Below are positions 38,429 to 47,642 of a DNA stretch of 64,000 nucleotides, in pieces. The DNA comes from a virus (Duplodnaviria; Heunggongvirae; Uroviricota; Caudoviricetes): IMG/VR virus record IMGVR_UViG_3300031134_000612, one strand, 5' to 3'. The translations under genes and the position numbers were made by a program. The notes beneath the pieces were generated by a model that saw nothing but the letters and a program-made list of their open reading frames with translations, did no database searches and was not told the DNA's origin. Each line of letters starts with the position of its first letter. Position 1 is the first letter of the stretch.

Positions 38429-39178
38429 ATGAAACAATGGCAAATTTTTGAACAAGATTGTTTAAATTATCTCATTAACAATAATGAAGACAGTTCCAAA
38501 CACTATACATCAAAAGGATCATCAGATTCAACCATCTCAGATATCCAAGTGATTATCAATGGTGAACCAGCTTACTATATTGAAGCCAAGATGGCTAAAT
38601 CGCAATGTGGTCAATTTGTATTACTAAAAGACAATAACAACCAGTTCTATTTCAGCGAAAAGAATAAATTAAGCCTAAATGACTATTCAAAAGAAATTAT
38701 TAACGGAATTAATGCAAACAAACTTAACGAAGTCAATAAAAAGAATATTCCACTGATTTTATCACAAGAGTTAATTGTTAGCTATATACTGGAACATTAC
38801 AAAGAAAAAGAAGTGAAATACCTTATCAGTAAAGATAAAGAAAATTATCACATTATTCCATTAACCAAACAAGATTTATTGAAATCATTTGAGTTCAGCG
38901 GCACATTGAGAATGAAAAAAAGCGGTTCAAGAAGTTTAACAAAATCGTTCGAATTGAAAATGATAGAACAATTAGGCGACAGTTATATTAGTCAACAAGA
39001 AATAGAAAATAAAACATTCTATCAGTTAAATAAAGAAGGTGACTTCATTTTTAATATAGATGGCTATGATTTATATTTCAAACAACAAGAAAACAAAAAA
39101 TACATTGTGCGAATCTTGTCAAATACCAATAACTATTGTGTTATTTTTTCTTTGAATTTAAAGAAGTTAAATGCTTAA
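38429..39178 (+). CDS. hypothetical protein (249 aa); possible PD-(D/E)xK nuclease-like motif (D...IEAK)
   Basis: SDIQVIINGEPAYYIEAKM fits a D-x(n)-E-x-K arrangement. Weak, no other support. Confidence 0.4.
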   Translation: MKQWQIFEQDCLNYLINNNEDSSKHYTSKGSSDSTISDIQVIINGEPAYYIEAKMAKSQCGQFVLLKDNNNQFYFSEKNKLSLNDYSKEIINGINANKLNEVNKKNIPLILSQELIVSYILEHYKEKEVKYLISKDKENYHIIPLTKQDLLKSFEFSGTLRMKKSGSRSLTKSFELKMIEQLGDSYISQQEIENKTFYQLNKEGDFIFNIDGYDLYFKQQENKKYIVRILSNTNNYCVIFSLNLKKLNA

Positions 39179-39244
39179 ATATTAACAAATGTTGCTATAT
39201 TTCAAGTAAATGTTATATTAAAAAAAAACAATAATAAAAAAAAC

Positions 39245-40288
39245 ATGAAACTCAAAAAAATAGCTCTTGCTATCACACTTATATCACTGTATGGAATTAC
39301 TAACGCTGATTACACTGTTAAATTTAATCTTGATCCACATATGATACAATTAAAAGACTTGTCGTCGGATAATGGTAGCCAAGAACCAGAATTGCCAGAA
39401 ACACCTACTGATGAAAAGCCACTGGCCGAAATAATATCTATCACTGCACCAGAAGCTGTTTTTTTTAACTATGCTTACAACATCTCATTATCATCCAAAA
39501 ATACAGTCAGCTATAAAATAAAAAGTAACAACGATTTATCTGGAATCCCTAGTAGCGGTGTAAGCATTAGTGAATTAAACAGTTATGAAATAACACCTAC
39601 TCAACCGGGAAATTATACCTATTCAGTTCAAGCGATAAACGAATCTGGCATTGAGTCTATTGTTAAAACGTTCTCCGTTAACGTTGAAAATTATCCAACA
39701 ATAGAAAGCATTAAAATCAATAACGCCACAAATTATATAAACCTACCCAAAGGTGGATCACTTAATTTAAATGCTACTGTTTCTGATGGTGCTCATATTG
39801 TTAATAATATGCCAAATACAGCCTCAAATGACCCCGGAGAAACTACCTATAAGTTCTATGCTGAGAAATCTTTAAACGGTATAACAAAAAAATCAAATGA
39901 AAGTAGTTTTGTTATAGGTGCTGGTGAACTGATTACGATGAAAGTGGGTAAATACAGTAATGGTTCTACAGAAGTGGTTGGTTACATAGACAATGCAAGT
40001 AATGCGTCTGGATATGCCGTACAAAGTGCAGGAACATTATCGAATAAGACGATTTATCAAAACTCTATTTATCATATTTACCAAGTAATAACAGGTGGTT
40101 CAATTAGACTTGTTTTTAATCCAAACAGTGTTGATGGTTTTCTTGCGGGTCAAAAGATGTGGATTGATAATGCACTCTGTTCTCAAACTACCGCCACATA
40201 TAATGCAACTGCTGATACCTATCTATTTGCTGGATGTCCTGTAAGATTAGGAAATAATTTAGACAAAGAGATAAAAATATATTATTAA
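39245..40288 (+). CDS. secreted protein (signal peptide MKLKKIALAITLISLYGITNA) with a Pro/Glu linker and beta-rich, Ig-like Ser/Thr/Asn-rich repeats
   Basis: Signal peptide; compositional resemblance to the N-terminus of 35558..36307. Confidence 0.5.
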   Translation: MKLKKIALAITLISLYGITNADYTVKFNLDPHMIQLKDLSSDNGSQEPELPETPTDEKPLAEIISITAPEAVFFNYAYNISLSSKNTVSYKIKSNNDLSGIPSSGVSISELNSYEITPTQPGNYTYSVQAINESGIESIVKTFSVNVENYPTIESIKINNATNYINLPKGGSLNLNATVSDGAHIVNNMPNTASNDPGETTYKFYAEKSLNGITKKSNESSFVIGAGELITMKVGKYSNGSTEVVGYIDNASNASGYAVQSAGTLSNKTIYQNSIYHIYQVITGGSIRLVFNPNSVDGFLAGQKMWIDNALCSQTTATYNATADTYLFAGCPVRLGNNLDKEIKIYY

Positions 40289-40297
40289 TATAAATGT

Positions 40298-40328
40298 AAA
40301 ATACCGCCACGATGACGGTATTTTTTTT
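40298..40328 (+). terminator. rho-independent terminator (TACCGCC-ACGATGA-CGGTA + T8)
   Basis: Hairpin plus a long T-run. Confidence 0.65.
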
Positions 40329-40332
40329 AGGA

Positions 40333-40995
40333 TTAAATTTGGCTCATTTCAAACAACATAAAAAGCGAGTTGTAATCCATAGAGTCAACAGTGACACCTA
40401 CTTTATATTCATCAGGAATGTCATTGAATTTAGTTCTCAATAACGCTTTCAAAGCGTCACTTTGATCCGTTAGTCCATGCTCAATGAAGACATCTCCACG
40501 AACAGATGCATAATCTATCAGTTCAATAAAAGAGCCATTCTTCTTATATTGCTCTACATTGTCTTGATTGTAAGCTTCAAAGCTGCCATTCTCTTTGCAA
40601 AAATTAATGCAATGATTAAAACCATTACTCCAACGAATAATAACACGGCTGGGTTTCAAAATATCTTCAATAACATCTGATTCATAATGGATACATACAA
40701 CATAACCATAATTTGAATACATTTTCATTGGATACTTTAAAATGCCAGACAGCGAGTTGTATCTGTCCATGAATCGCAGACTGTAATCAAAGTAAGATGT
40801 AGTATCAATCCCATTAGTGGTCAAGATATCAGTAACTAAGTCAGACCAACCCTTATAAGCACCATCTTTAATAATACGTTTATTTTTCCAGTAAAAATAA
40901 AAAACGTCTGGTTTAGATTTTGATTGTGTTTTAAAATTGATTTCATCATCTGTTCTGCGATATCTTGAGCCTACTGCTTTATCAAATTTCTTCAT
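40333..40995 (-). CDS. family member (220 aa; ends LFMLFEMSQI)
   Basis: Family tail. Confidence 0.5.
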   Translation of the reverse strand: MKKFDKAVGSRYRRTDDEINFKTQSKSKPDVFYFYWKNKRIIKDGAYKGWSDLVTDILTTNGIDTTSYFDYSLRFMDRYNSLSGILKYPMKMYSNYGYVVCIHYESDVIEDILKPSRVIIRWSNGFNHCINFCKENGSFEAYNQDNVEQYKKNGSFIELIDYASVRGDVFIEHGLTDQSDALKALLRTKFNDIPDEYKVGVTVDSMDYNSLFMLFEMSQI

Positions 40996-41029
40996 ATATT
41001 TACCTATTTATGAAAGATAATAACACCAA

Positions 41030-41365
41030 TTAGTGTAGTGTTCTTACCTTGGAAGCGTTATAGAAACTCAGCTTTTGAGCGAGTTCTCCAATGTGTGTTG
41101 ATCTAGACACTTCGCAGATAGGTGAAAAAATAGACTGAACATTATCAAGAGTTAGCTTATTCAAAGCATTGATTTCTTCCATGTCCTTAATTTGTTCATC
41201 AGTCTTAGGTTCAACAAAAATAAGAATGAGGAAGTCACCGATTTGAGATTCATCAGTAACAAAGGCTTCTGGATGACCAAGTGCTTCAAGAATAATAGCG
41301 ACTTCTTTTTCAAAGATATCTACTAGATCAGTATCTGCTGATTGAACTTCTACGTTGTTAGTCAT
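41030..41365 (-). CDS. hypothetical acidic protein (about 111 aa)
   Basis: ORF trimmed to MTNNVEV, which has a GGAGG SD. Confidence 0.45.
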   Translation of the reverse strand: MTNNVEVQSADTDLVDIFEKEVAIILEALGHPEAFVTDESQIGDFLILIFVEPKTDEQIKDMEEINALNKLTLDNVQSIFSPICEVSRSTHIGELAQKLSFYNASKVRTLH

Positions 41366-41480
41366 CTCGCCTCCAATATTATTGTCTAATAATAGCAAAA
41401 AAATGAAAACATGTCAACTTTAAAGAAGCTTGAATAAGATCATTAAATATGGTAAAATACTGAAAATTTAACGAGATTGA

Positions 41481-42260
41481 ATGATGAAAATTAGAACTGG
41501 ACTGCTCAATAGTGACTTCACTTATGAAACCATCAACGAATGGCCTGATAATGCCCGAGCACAAGCCGGTGGTGCTGCTATTGATGGTATTGGAGCGGTG
41601 ACTTTCTTTGAAGTTTTTATTGAAGGTATTTCCTATATTCGTGGTGAAGGCACTGACATTCAAGCGGCTGAAAACAAAGCTTGGTCTATTTATCAACATT
41701 ATCAAAACTGCAATCACTCCTTTGTGCGTTTCGGTGATTATTCCACGATGGGAAAATGTATCCATTGCGGAATGAAGAAAGACAAAGAATTTACCAGACT
41801 AACCAAATGCTCTGTTTGTGAAGCGGCTGGTATAGCCCATAACATTTCATCTACTTATTTTTGTTACACACATTACAAAGTCGGGTTGAACACTATCATT
41901 GCTAATCAAATCGCTAATCATGAAGAATTTTCAGGTGAGCAGAAATGGTTGTGGGCGAATGAAGTGGCTGAATCAAACGGCTTGTATGAAAACAAAGAAG
42001 ATGGTGATATCTCTGAATTGTTTAGAGTGCTGTATAATGGCTTTTTTGAATACATGATGGAAGTATGCCGTCATTATCATGAAAAATTCGAAATCGGCTC
42101 TAAAAAGCACTATGTTGACATCTATGAAGACTTTGAAACCAATGAAACCGCTTACAAAATGGCCTTTGAATTTTACATTATCAAAAACAAAGACATTTCC
42201 ATCAATAAAGACCTGATTGAAAATCAAAATTTTATTGAAAACTTTATCAAAAATAATTAA
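41481..42260 (+). CDS. hypothetical protein with a Zn-ribbon (CIHCG...CSVCE)
   Basis: Paired CxxC motifs; no other domain recognised. Confidence 0.5.
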   Translation: MMKIRTGLLNSDFTYETINEWPDNARAQAGGAAIDGIGAVTFFEVFIEGISYIRGEGTDIQAAENKAWSIYQHYQNCNHSFVRFGDYSTMGKCIHCGMKKDKEFTRLTKCSVCEAAGIAHNISSTYFCYTHYKVGLNTIIANQIANHEEFSGEQKWLWANEVAESNGLYENKEDGDISELFRVLYNGFFEYMMEVCRHYHEKFEIGSKKHYVDIYEDFETNETAYKMAFEFYIIKNKDISINKDLIENQNFIENFIKNN

Positions 42261-42272
42261 GAGGCTATTAAG

Positions 42273-43289
42273 ATGACCATTATTGACCATGCAGCAATTT
42301 ACGATTACGCCAATGAGAAACTTGAAACCAGTGAAAAAAATGAAAAAGTCATCGCAGCCTTAGCAGAAGATATCTTTAATCTCTATTTCAAAGAACATTT
42401 CAACACTCAAACCATTACACTGCAAGGTCATTTGAGAGGCGTAGTAGATAATCGTAAAATGGGGGAGTTTCAAAATCAACGGATCTGGAATGATTTGAAA
42501 ACTCGCTATATTCGAGTGATTGAAGCTTATTTGCTAGAACCTTTGGCAAAAGGTAAACACACAAAAGAAGCCATTGTCACCTTCTTTCAAAAAGGCGAAC
42601 AAAATCCTCACTGGATGGAAGATTTTCATTGTGTCGATTGTGGCTGTAATGTAAGAGTAAAAAAGAAAGGTGATGTTTATACTAACGACTTAAAAGAAGA
42701 CGAAGAAGAATATTGGGTTTATGTCCCTGCGGCACAATCAGCTTGTCAATTTCCAGAAGGTGTTGGACATTACAGCAACATTATTAATGTGCCATCAGGA
42801 AAATTAGTCTTCTCAAATTCCTTACTCAGTCTATTTGATAGAACCTTAGCCATTGTTTCAGATGAATACATCAGTAAAGCTTCTGGGTATAACAACAGTA
42901 TCAACAGTGATTATGGAGTTAAATTAAATACGGAATTTTGGAACCTTAAAAAATTGATTTATATTCAAGTAGGAAATACATCACCTACACTGTATCAACA
43001 CAAAGAAACACATGACATTACCTGCAAAATCAGTAAAGCTCCAACAGATACAGTTAAGCGAGGCAAGGTGACAACTGATGTTTGGGCCGTATTTGGCATG
43101 GATTACAATCAATTTATTAAATTGTGTAAAGAAAATGGCAAAGATATTGAGAATTTAGATGAAATTGAAGAAAAGTTCAAGCCAGTTTACATTGATGTGC
43201 CTGCTGGTCGATATGAAGTCACTTCCTACAATGCAGCTAAATATGATGACCAAGATACTTTTTTCACTATTAAAGCTGTAAAAGCATAA
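42273..43289 (+). CDS. hypothetical protein (338 aa) with a Cys cluster HCVDCGCN
   Basis: AGAGG SD. Confidence 0.5.
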   Translation: MTIIDHAAIYDYANEKLETSEKNEKVIAALAEDIFNLYFKEHFNTQTITLQGHLRGVVDNRKMGEFQNQRIWNDLKTRYIRVIEAYLLEPLAKGKHTKEAIVTFFQKGEQNPHWMEDFHCVDCGCNVRVKKKGDVYTNDLKEDEEEYWVYVPAAQSACQFPEGVGHYSNIINVPSGKLVFSNSLLSLFDRTLAIVSDEYISKASGYNNSINSDYGVKLNTEFWNLKKLIYIQVGNTSPTLYQHKETHDITCKISKAPTDTVKRGKVTTDVWAVFGMDYNQFIKLCKENGKDIENLDEIEEKFKPVYIDVPAGRYEVTSYNAAKYDDQDTFFTIKAVKA

Positions 43290-43378
43290 TCGTTACATCC
43301 ATGATGATGTATTTAAAGCTTTGATTTATTGATGACACTGTGTTATAATAGGTCATTATTTTTCAAAGGAGTGTCATC

Positions 43379-44476
43379 ATGGGTGGTAATGCATTAGCTC
43401 TTGCCGTAGTAAACGGTAATCCTGAGCCGGTAGGCGTTCAATCAAAACGCCTTCACAAAAAAGATTTCGATAGCTTGACTGCCAAGGTAGTCAAAGTGTT
43501 GAATGCTGCCATTGAGAAAGCGAATGCGATGGGTGCTCATATTGTTCACGCTCCCCATGAAGTGAAAGCTTATCGCCAAAAGGAAACCTTTGGTGACCTT
43601 GATCTATTGGTGGATGGTGAGTTGTTTGCCTTTGTCACCTATGAAGAAGTGATGGAACTGCTTCGTGTTGAATTTAATCACGTTGGCCCATTGCCTTACA
43701 AACCAAAAGATAAAAAAGATATGGTAATGAGCATTGGTCTGCCTTCGGATGAAGATGCGGTTTATTTCCAGCTTGATTTGATTGCTTCTGAACGACCTTA
43801 CTACACCTTTCAGTCTTCTTATTTGAACTGGAATGACTTGGGTAACTTGGTTGGTGTGGTTGCTAGTTCTAATGGTTTCTTGAAATATGGTCATGATGGT
43901 TTGCGTTATTTGTTCCGTGATGGTGACAACCTCTTTGAGAGTGTTGTATTGACTAATGACTGGGATGAAGCGTTAGAATTCTTTGGTTACTCACAAGAAC
44001 GCTATTATGCTGGTTTTGATAGCCTGTTAGATATTTATGAGTATGCAGCATCAAGCCGTTATTTCAGCCCAAGTTTGTATGCGTTTGAAAACCGTAACCA
44101 TACACAACGTACTCGTGACCGTAAACGTCCAACGTATAATGGTTTCTTGAACTGGATTGAAGAAAAAGATGCTGTTGGTTATTTTAATGGTAAAACACCG
44201 ATGGACAGTGACAAGTGGAAAGAACGTGTCTATGAGTTCTTCCCAACCTTTGATCAGACTGAAATTGATACATGGGCAAAACTTGAACGCCGCAAAGTCT
44301 TTAAAGAGTATTTCAACGGTGGAAGGCTTTTGAAGTTCAAACCAGAACTCAAAAACAAAGAAATCAGTGATTATTTGAAAGCTCTTGAACAAAGTGTTAC
44401 CAATATCGAAGACTTTGTAATTGAGCATAAAGAAGACGCCGTTAGATTGTTGGTAGAAAAGAAAGAGTCTATGTAG
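43379..44476 (+). CDS. hypothetical protein (365 aa); possible nucleotidyltransferase-fold motif (ETFGDLDLLVDGE)
   Basis: AAGGAG SD. The G-D-h-D-h-h-h motif resembles the Pol-beta-type NTase acidic dyad (as in CCA-adding or MNT enzymes), but the upstream G[GS] element is not evident. Confidence 0.5.
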   Translation: MGGNALALAVVNGNPEPVGVQSKRLHKKDFDSLTAKVVKVLNAAIEKANAMGAHIVHAPHEVKAYRQKETFGDLDLLVDGELFAFVTYEEVMELLRVEFNHVGPLPYKPKDKKDMVMSIGLPSDEDAVYFQLDLIASERPYYTFQSSYLNWNDLGNLVGVVASSNGFLKYGHDGLRYLFRDGDNLFESVVLTNDWDEALEFFGYSQERYYAGFDSLLDIYEYAASSRYFSPSLYAFENRNHTQRTRDRKRPTYNGFLNWIEEKDAVGYFNGKTPMDSDKWKERVYEFFPTFDQTEIDTWAKLERRKVFKEYFNGGRLLKFKPELKNKEISDYLKALEQSVTNIEDFVIEHKEDAVRLLVEKKESM

Positions 44477-44529
44477 GACTCTTTTTACCTTTCTGGAAAA
44501 CTGTTACTTGTATGAAATACACATTTTAA

Positions 44530-45330
44530 ATGATAGAGCCTAAATATATGTCCGAAGAAAAAATAAAAATTGAAAATAAATATTTGAGTGTTATAACAGA
44601 CAATGAAGACTTTCATAAGTTGTTTAATGTCAGCCGTAAAAACATACGGTATTACTTTGCTGCTTGTTTGAACACAAAAGACAAAGTTCGTCAATACATT
44701 AAAGAAACAAATACATCCATAATTAAACTTGATGATGATGTAGCAAGTATCATTGAAAGTTTATACGATATTCGTCCATATCATGCTCCTGAAAAAGATG
44801 ATTGTACAGAATATTGTGATATGAAGCGTCAAAACTCTAACGTATATGATGATTTCATTGAAAACCTAATGAGAAAATCTCATGCTCGACAACATATAAC
44901 ATTTGTTGACTACATTTCAGCCAATTTTAAAAAAGCTGATGTCGTCTTTTCGCATTTTTTCGACAATCCTAAAATCTGTGTGAGCTATCATACATCGCCA
45001 ATCATGATGTGTTTTAATTTTAATCAAAATGGTTTGAATATTGTGTACATGCTTAACAATCTTGACAACAATAAATCGATGTTAGATATCACAATTAGTC
45101 AAGATAAAAAAATAGTATCAACCGAAGTGTACTTCAATGGCGAAAAGAGTAATGAAAATGAAATGATTACACTAACCAGCAAACAATTAGACTATTTAAT
45201 CATATTAAGTCATTATACAGATGGGGAAGAAGTTGATTTTAGAGTAGAAAAGTACGTTGATGATATCCTAGCAGAAAATTATCAAGATTTGATGGATTAT
45301 ATAAAAGTTAAAGAAATGATGTATATTTAA
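44530..45330 (+). CDS. family member (266 aa; ends YIKVKEMMYI)
   Basis: Family tail. Confidence 0.5.
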   Translation: MIEPKYMSEEKIKIENKYLSVITDNEDFHKLFNVSRKNIRYYFAACLNTKDKVRQYIKETNTSIIKLDDDVASIIESLYDIRPYHAPEKDDCTEYCDMKRQNSNVYDDFIENLMRKSHARQHITFVDYISANFKKADVVFSHFFDNPKICVSYHTSPIMMCFNFNQNGLNIVYMLNNLDNNKSMLDITISQDKKIVSTEVYFNGEKSNENEMITLTSKQLDYLIILSHYTDGEEVDFRVEKYVDDILAENYQDLMDYIKVKEMMYI

Positions 45331-45343
45331 TTAACTTTATATT

Positions 45344-45376
45344 CAAAAAAAAGAACTGGAATTAAACCAGTTCTTT
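45344..45376. terminator. bidirectional terminator (GAACTGG-AATTAAA-CCAGTTC)
   Basis: A8 run, hairpin, T-run; the stop codon of 45362..45742 sits in the loop. Confidence 0.6.
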
Positions 45377-45742
45377 TACCTTAGCGTTGCGTTCACGGTC
45401 TTCTTTCAAGTGCTTGGCAATATCGACTACTTTGTCATTCAAATCAACAACACAAATACCATCAAACATCTTTACCAGAGCAGAGAAAGATTTCAAAGCG
45501 TCCATTGTATTATCATTCAATTGACTTTCTGTGTAGGTTCTAGGAGGCATTCCGATAGTCCTTGCACTATGACTCGATGTATAGAACAAACTTGAAATTG
45601 TAGTATTGTCAGATACCTTACGACCAGAGACATGCAGAGCTGTCAAAATATCTTCAACTTCTGGTTTATAGGTATCCACCAATACAGTTGGCAATGGTTC
45701 AGCTTTTGGAAACACAAAATCTAAGAAGGCTTTCGGAAGCAT
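45362..45742 (-). CDS. hypothetical protein (126 aa)
   Basis: ORF with no recognised domain. Confidence 0.45.
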   Translation of the reverse strand: MLPKAFLDFVFPKAEPLPTVLVDTYKPEVEDILTALHVSGRKVSDNTTISSLFYTSSHSARTIGMPPRTYTESQLNDNTMDALKSFSALVKMFDGICVVDLNDKVVDIAKHLKEDRERNAKVKELV

Positions 45743-45889
45743 AGTCGTTCTCCTATATAGTCAGAATATTATAATAACAAAAAAATAGAAAAATAGCAAT
45801 ATTTTAATTAAATAAATGTTTTTTTTGAAAATATAGGTTGATGAATTATAAATTTTATATATCATATACTGAATATATAGGAGAACAAC

Positions 45890-46183
45890 ATGGAACCGAC
45901 AATAGATTCTTTAAATAACAAAAGAACGGAAGAAAAAAAACAAATGAAGTACAACTTTAGAAACGCAATCGTATTTGCAGTTGTAGTTGTGCTCGTAAAC
46001 ATTATCTTCAGAATGAGTACTGATTTGAAAGCTTCTGCAGAATATGAAAATATTATAAACATATTAAATATTTTTTCTTTTCTTGGTGCAGGTACTGCTG
46101 TTCTTTTTTTTGTAAATTACATTTTTAATAAAAAAGATATCACAACATTAGAAAACAAGATATCAAAAATCAAAATAAACTAA
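45890..46183 (+). CDS. small membrane protein (2 TM)
   Basis: AGGAG SD; two hydrophobic segments. Confidence 0.45.
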   Translation: MEPTIDSLNNKRTEEKKQMKYNFRNAIVFAVVVVLVNIIFRMSTDLKASAEYENIINILNIFSFLGAGTAVLFFVNYIFNKKDITTLENKISKIKIN

Positions 46184-46210
46184 ATTGTAGGTTTTAACTA
46201 AAAATAACAG

Positions 46211-46216
46211 TTGACA
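46211..46216 (+). promoter_or_regulatory. -35-like TTGACA upstream of the thrS leader (the -10 is ambiguous: CACAAT or CAATAT)
   Basis: Consensus -35 hexamer about 47 nt upstream of the leader ATG. Confidence 0.35.
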
Positions 46217-46262
46217 TTTTTAGAAATAAAGATCACAATATAAGTAATTGGAGAAAATTCAG

Positions 46263-46340
46263 ATGAAATTATTTGCAGTAAACACAACGACCACAACAAC
46301 TCAGTTCAATAGCTGGGCTGGTCGATTGTTGCTGTATTAA
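46263..46340 (+). CDS. leader peptide with six consecutive Thr codons (MKLFAVNTTTTTTQFNSWAGRLLLY)
   Basis: GGAG SD 9 nt upstream. The 25 codons include ACA ACG ACC ACA ACA ACT in a row. It lies about 100 nt upstream of the ThrRS gene, with an intrinsic terminator in between. Confidence 0.6.
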   Translation: MKLFAVNTTTTTTQFNSWAGRLLLY

Positions 46341-46386
46341 AATAATCGGAACCACACAAACCCAGCTAAACGGCTGGGTTTTTTTA
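46311..46386 (+). promoter_or_regulatory. transcription-attenuator-like structure: antiterminator segment AGCTGGG (46311..46317) pairing with CCCAGCT (46361..46367), and terminator ACCCAGC-TAAACG-GCTGGGT + T7 (46360..46386)
   Basis: Mutually exclusive pairings around an intrinsic terminator immediately after a Thr-rich leader ORF. The Thr-codon stretch (CGACCACAACAAC) can also pair with TGGTCG and TTGTTG in 46319..46332. Confidence 0.55.
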
Positions 46387-46446
46387 TGCCTAAAATAAAT
46401 TATTAACACCATTAACAAACAAACTAAACTATCAAGGGGAAATAAA

Positions 46447-47625
46447 ATGAACGACAAATTAAATGAAGAAAAACGTTACATGCAAGTAGCCAAAGAAATG
46501 AACCTGTTCATGTTGGCTGAAAGTGCCGGTGTCGTTTACTGGAAACCAGAAGGTCTTAAATTGTATGAGAATTTAAAATCTTTTATTCGTAAACATCACG
46601 AAGACGAAGGCTATCTTGAAGTGAAAAGCCCATCTATTGTGGTACCTAATCTATTTGAACAATCTGGTCACATGGATAAATACAAAGACAATATGTTTTT
46701 CCTTAACTCATCCGAAGCCAGTAACTATGCTCTCCGTCCTATGAGCTGTCCTAACCACATCCTCATCTACCAATCTGAAAAAAGAAGCTACCGTGATTTG
46801 CCTTTACCTATCTTTGAATTTGGTGAAGTCTTCCGTAATGAGGCGTCTGGTGCTTTGCAAGTGTTATTTAGACAACGCCAGTTTTGCCAAGATGATAGTC
46901 ATGTTTTCGTCAATGAAGAGAATTTGATTGGTTCTGTCAATCAATTTATTCAGATGAGTCAAAAAGCCTATCAAGAGTTAGGTTTTAAAAATATCAAATA
47001 CGCCATTGCCCTACGTCCAGAAAAAAGATTTGGTGATGATAGCTTATGGGACAAAGCAGAAGAATCTTTGAGAGAAGCCTGCAGAATGAATAATCTTGAC
47101 TTTGAAGAGAATGAAAATGACGGGGCTTTCTATGGGCCAAAGCTAGAACTTCAAGTCGAAGATAAACTGGGCAGATCATGGCAATTAGGTGTTATACAGC
47201 TTGATTATGTCCTACCAGAACGTTTTGGATTAGAATACATTGATGCAGATAACAAACCTAAGCGTCCTATTATTCTTCATCATGCTGTCTTAGGGTCACT
47301 TGAAAGAATGATTGGGATCTTGTTGGAATCATTTGGCAAAGAAATTCCAGATTTCTTACACCCGATGAAATCAGTGATAATACCTGTTTCCGAAAAATCT
47401 ATGGAGTATGCTAAAATGGTGTATTCACATTTTGATAAGAAGTCATCAAAATTGGATCAAAGTGCTGATTCGTTAGGTAAAAAGATCAGATACTGGAAGG
47501 AACGTGGTGTGCCTGAGATTATTGTAGTGGGTGAAGCTGAACAAAATAAATATGAAAATGAAGGTGTCATAAGTTTTGTAGTAAACCGTGGAAAAGATAA
47601 AGAAGTTAGAGAAATTAAACAATAA
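46447..47625 (+). CDS. thrS: threonyl-tRNA synthetase catalytic core plus anticodon-binding domain; N-terminal N1/N2 (TGS and editing) domains absent
   Basis: The class II ThrRS signatures RPMSCPNH, FRNEASGALQVLFRQRQFCQDDSHVF and HHAVLGSLER keep the Zn-ligands (Cys, His, His), and there is a C-terminal anticodon-binding-like domain. The protein is 392 aa against about 640 aa for bacterial ThrRS, so the alignment begins at the catalytic domain. AAGGGGA SD. Confidence 0.85.
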   Translation: MNDKLNEEKRYMQVAKEMNLFMLAESAGVVYWKPEGLKLYENLKSFIRKHHEDEGYLEVKSPSIVVPNLFEQSGHMDKYKDNMFFLNSSEASNYALRPMSCPNHILIYQSEKRSYRDLPLPIFEFGEVFRNEASGALQVLFRQRQFCQDDSHVFVNEENLIGSVNQFIQMSQKAYQELGFKNIKYAIALRPEKRFGDDSLWDKAEESLREACRMNNLDFEENENDGAFYGPKLELQVEDKLGRSWQLGVIQLDYVLPERFGLEYIDADNKPKRPIILHHAVLGSLERMIGILLESFGKEIPDFLHPMKSVIIPVSEKSMEYAKMVYSHFDKKSSKLDQSADSLGKKIRYWKERGVPEIIVVGEAEQNKYENEGVISFVVNRGKDKEVREIKQ

Positions 47626-47642
47626 CAAAAGTAACTGGAATT

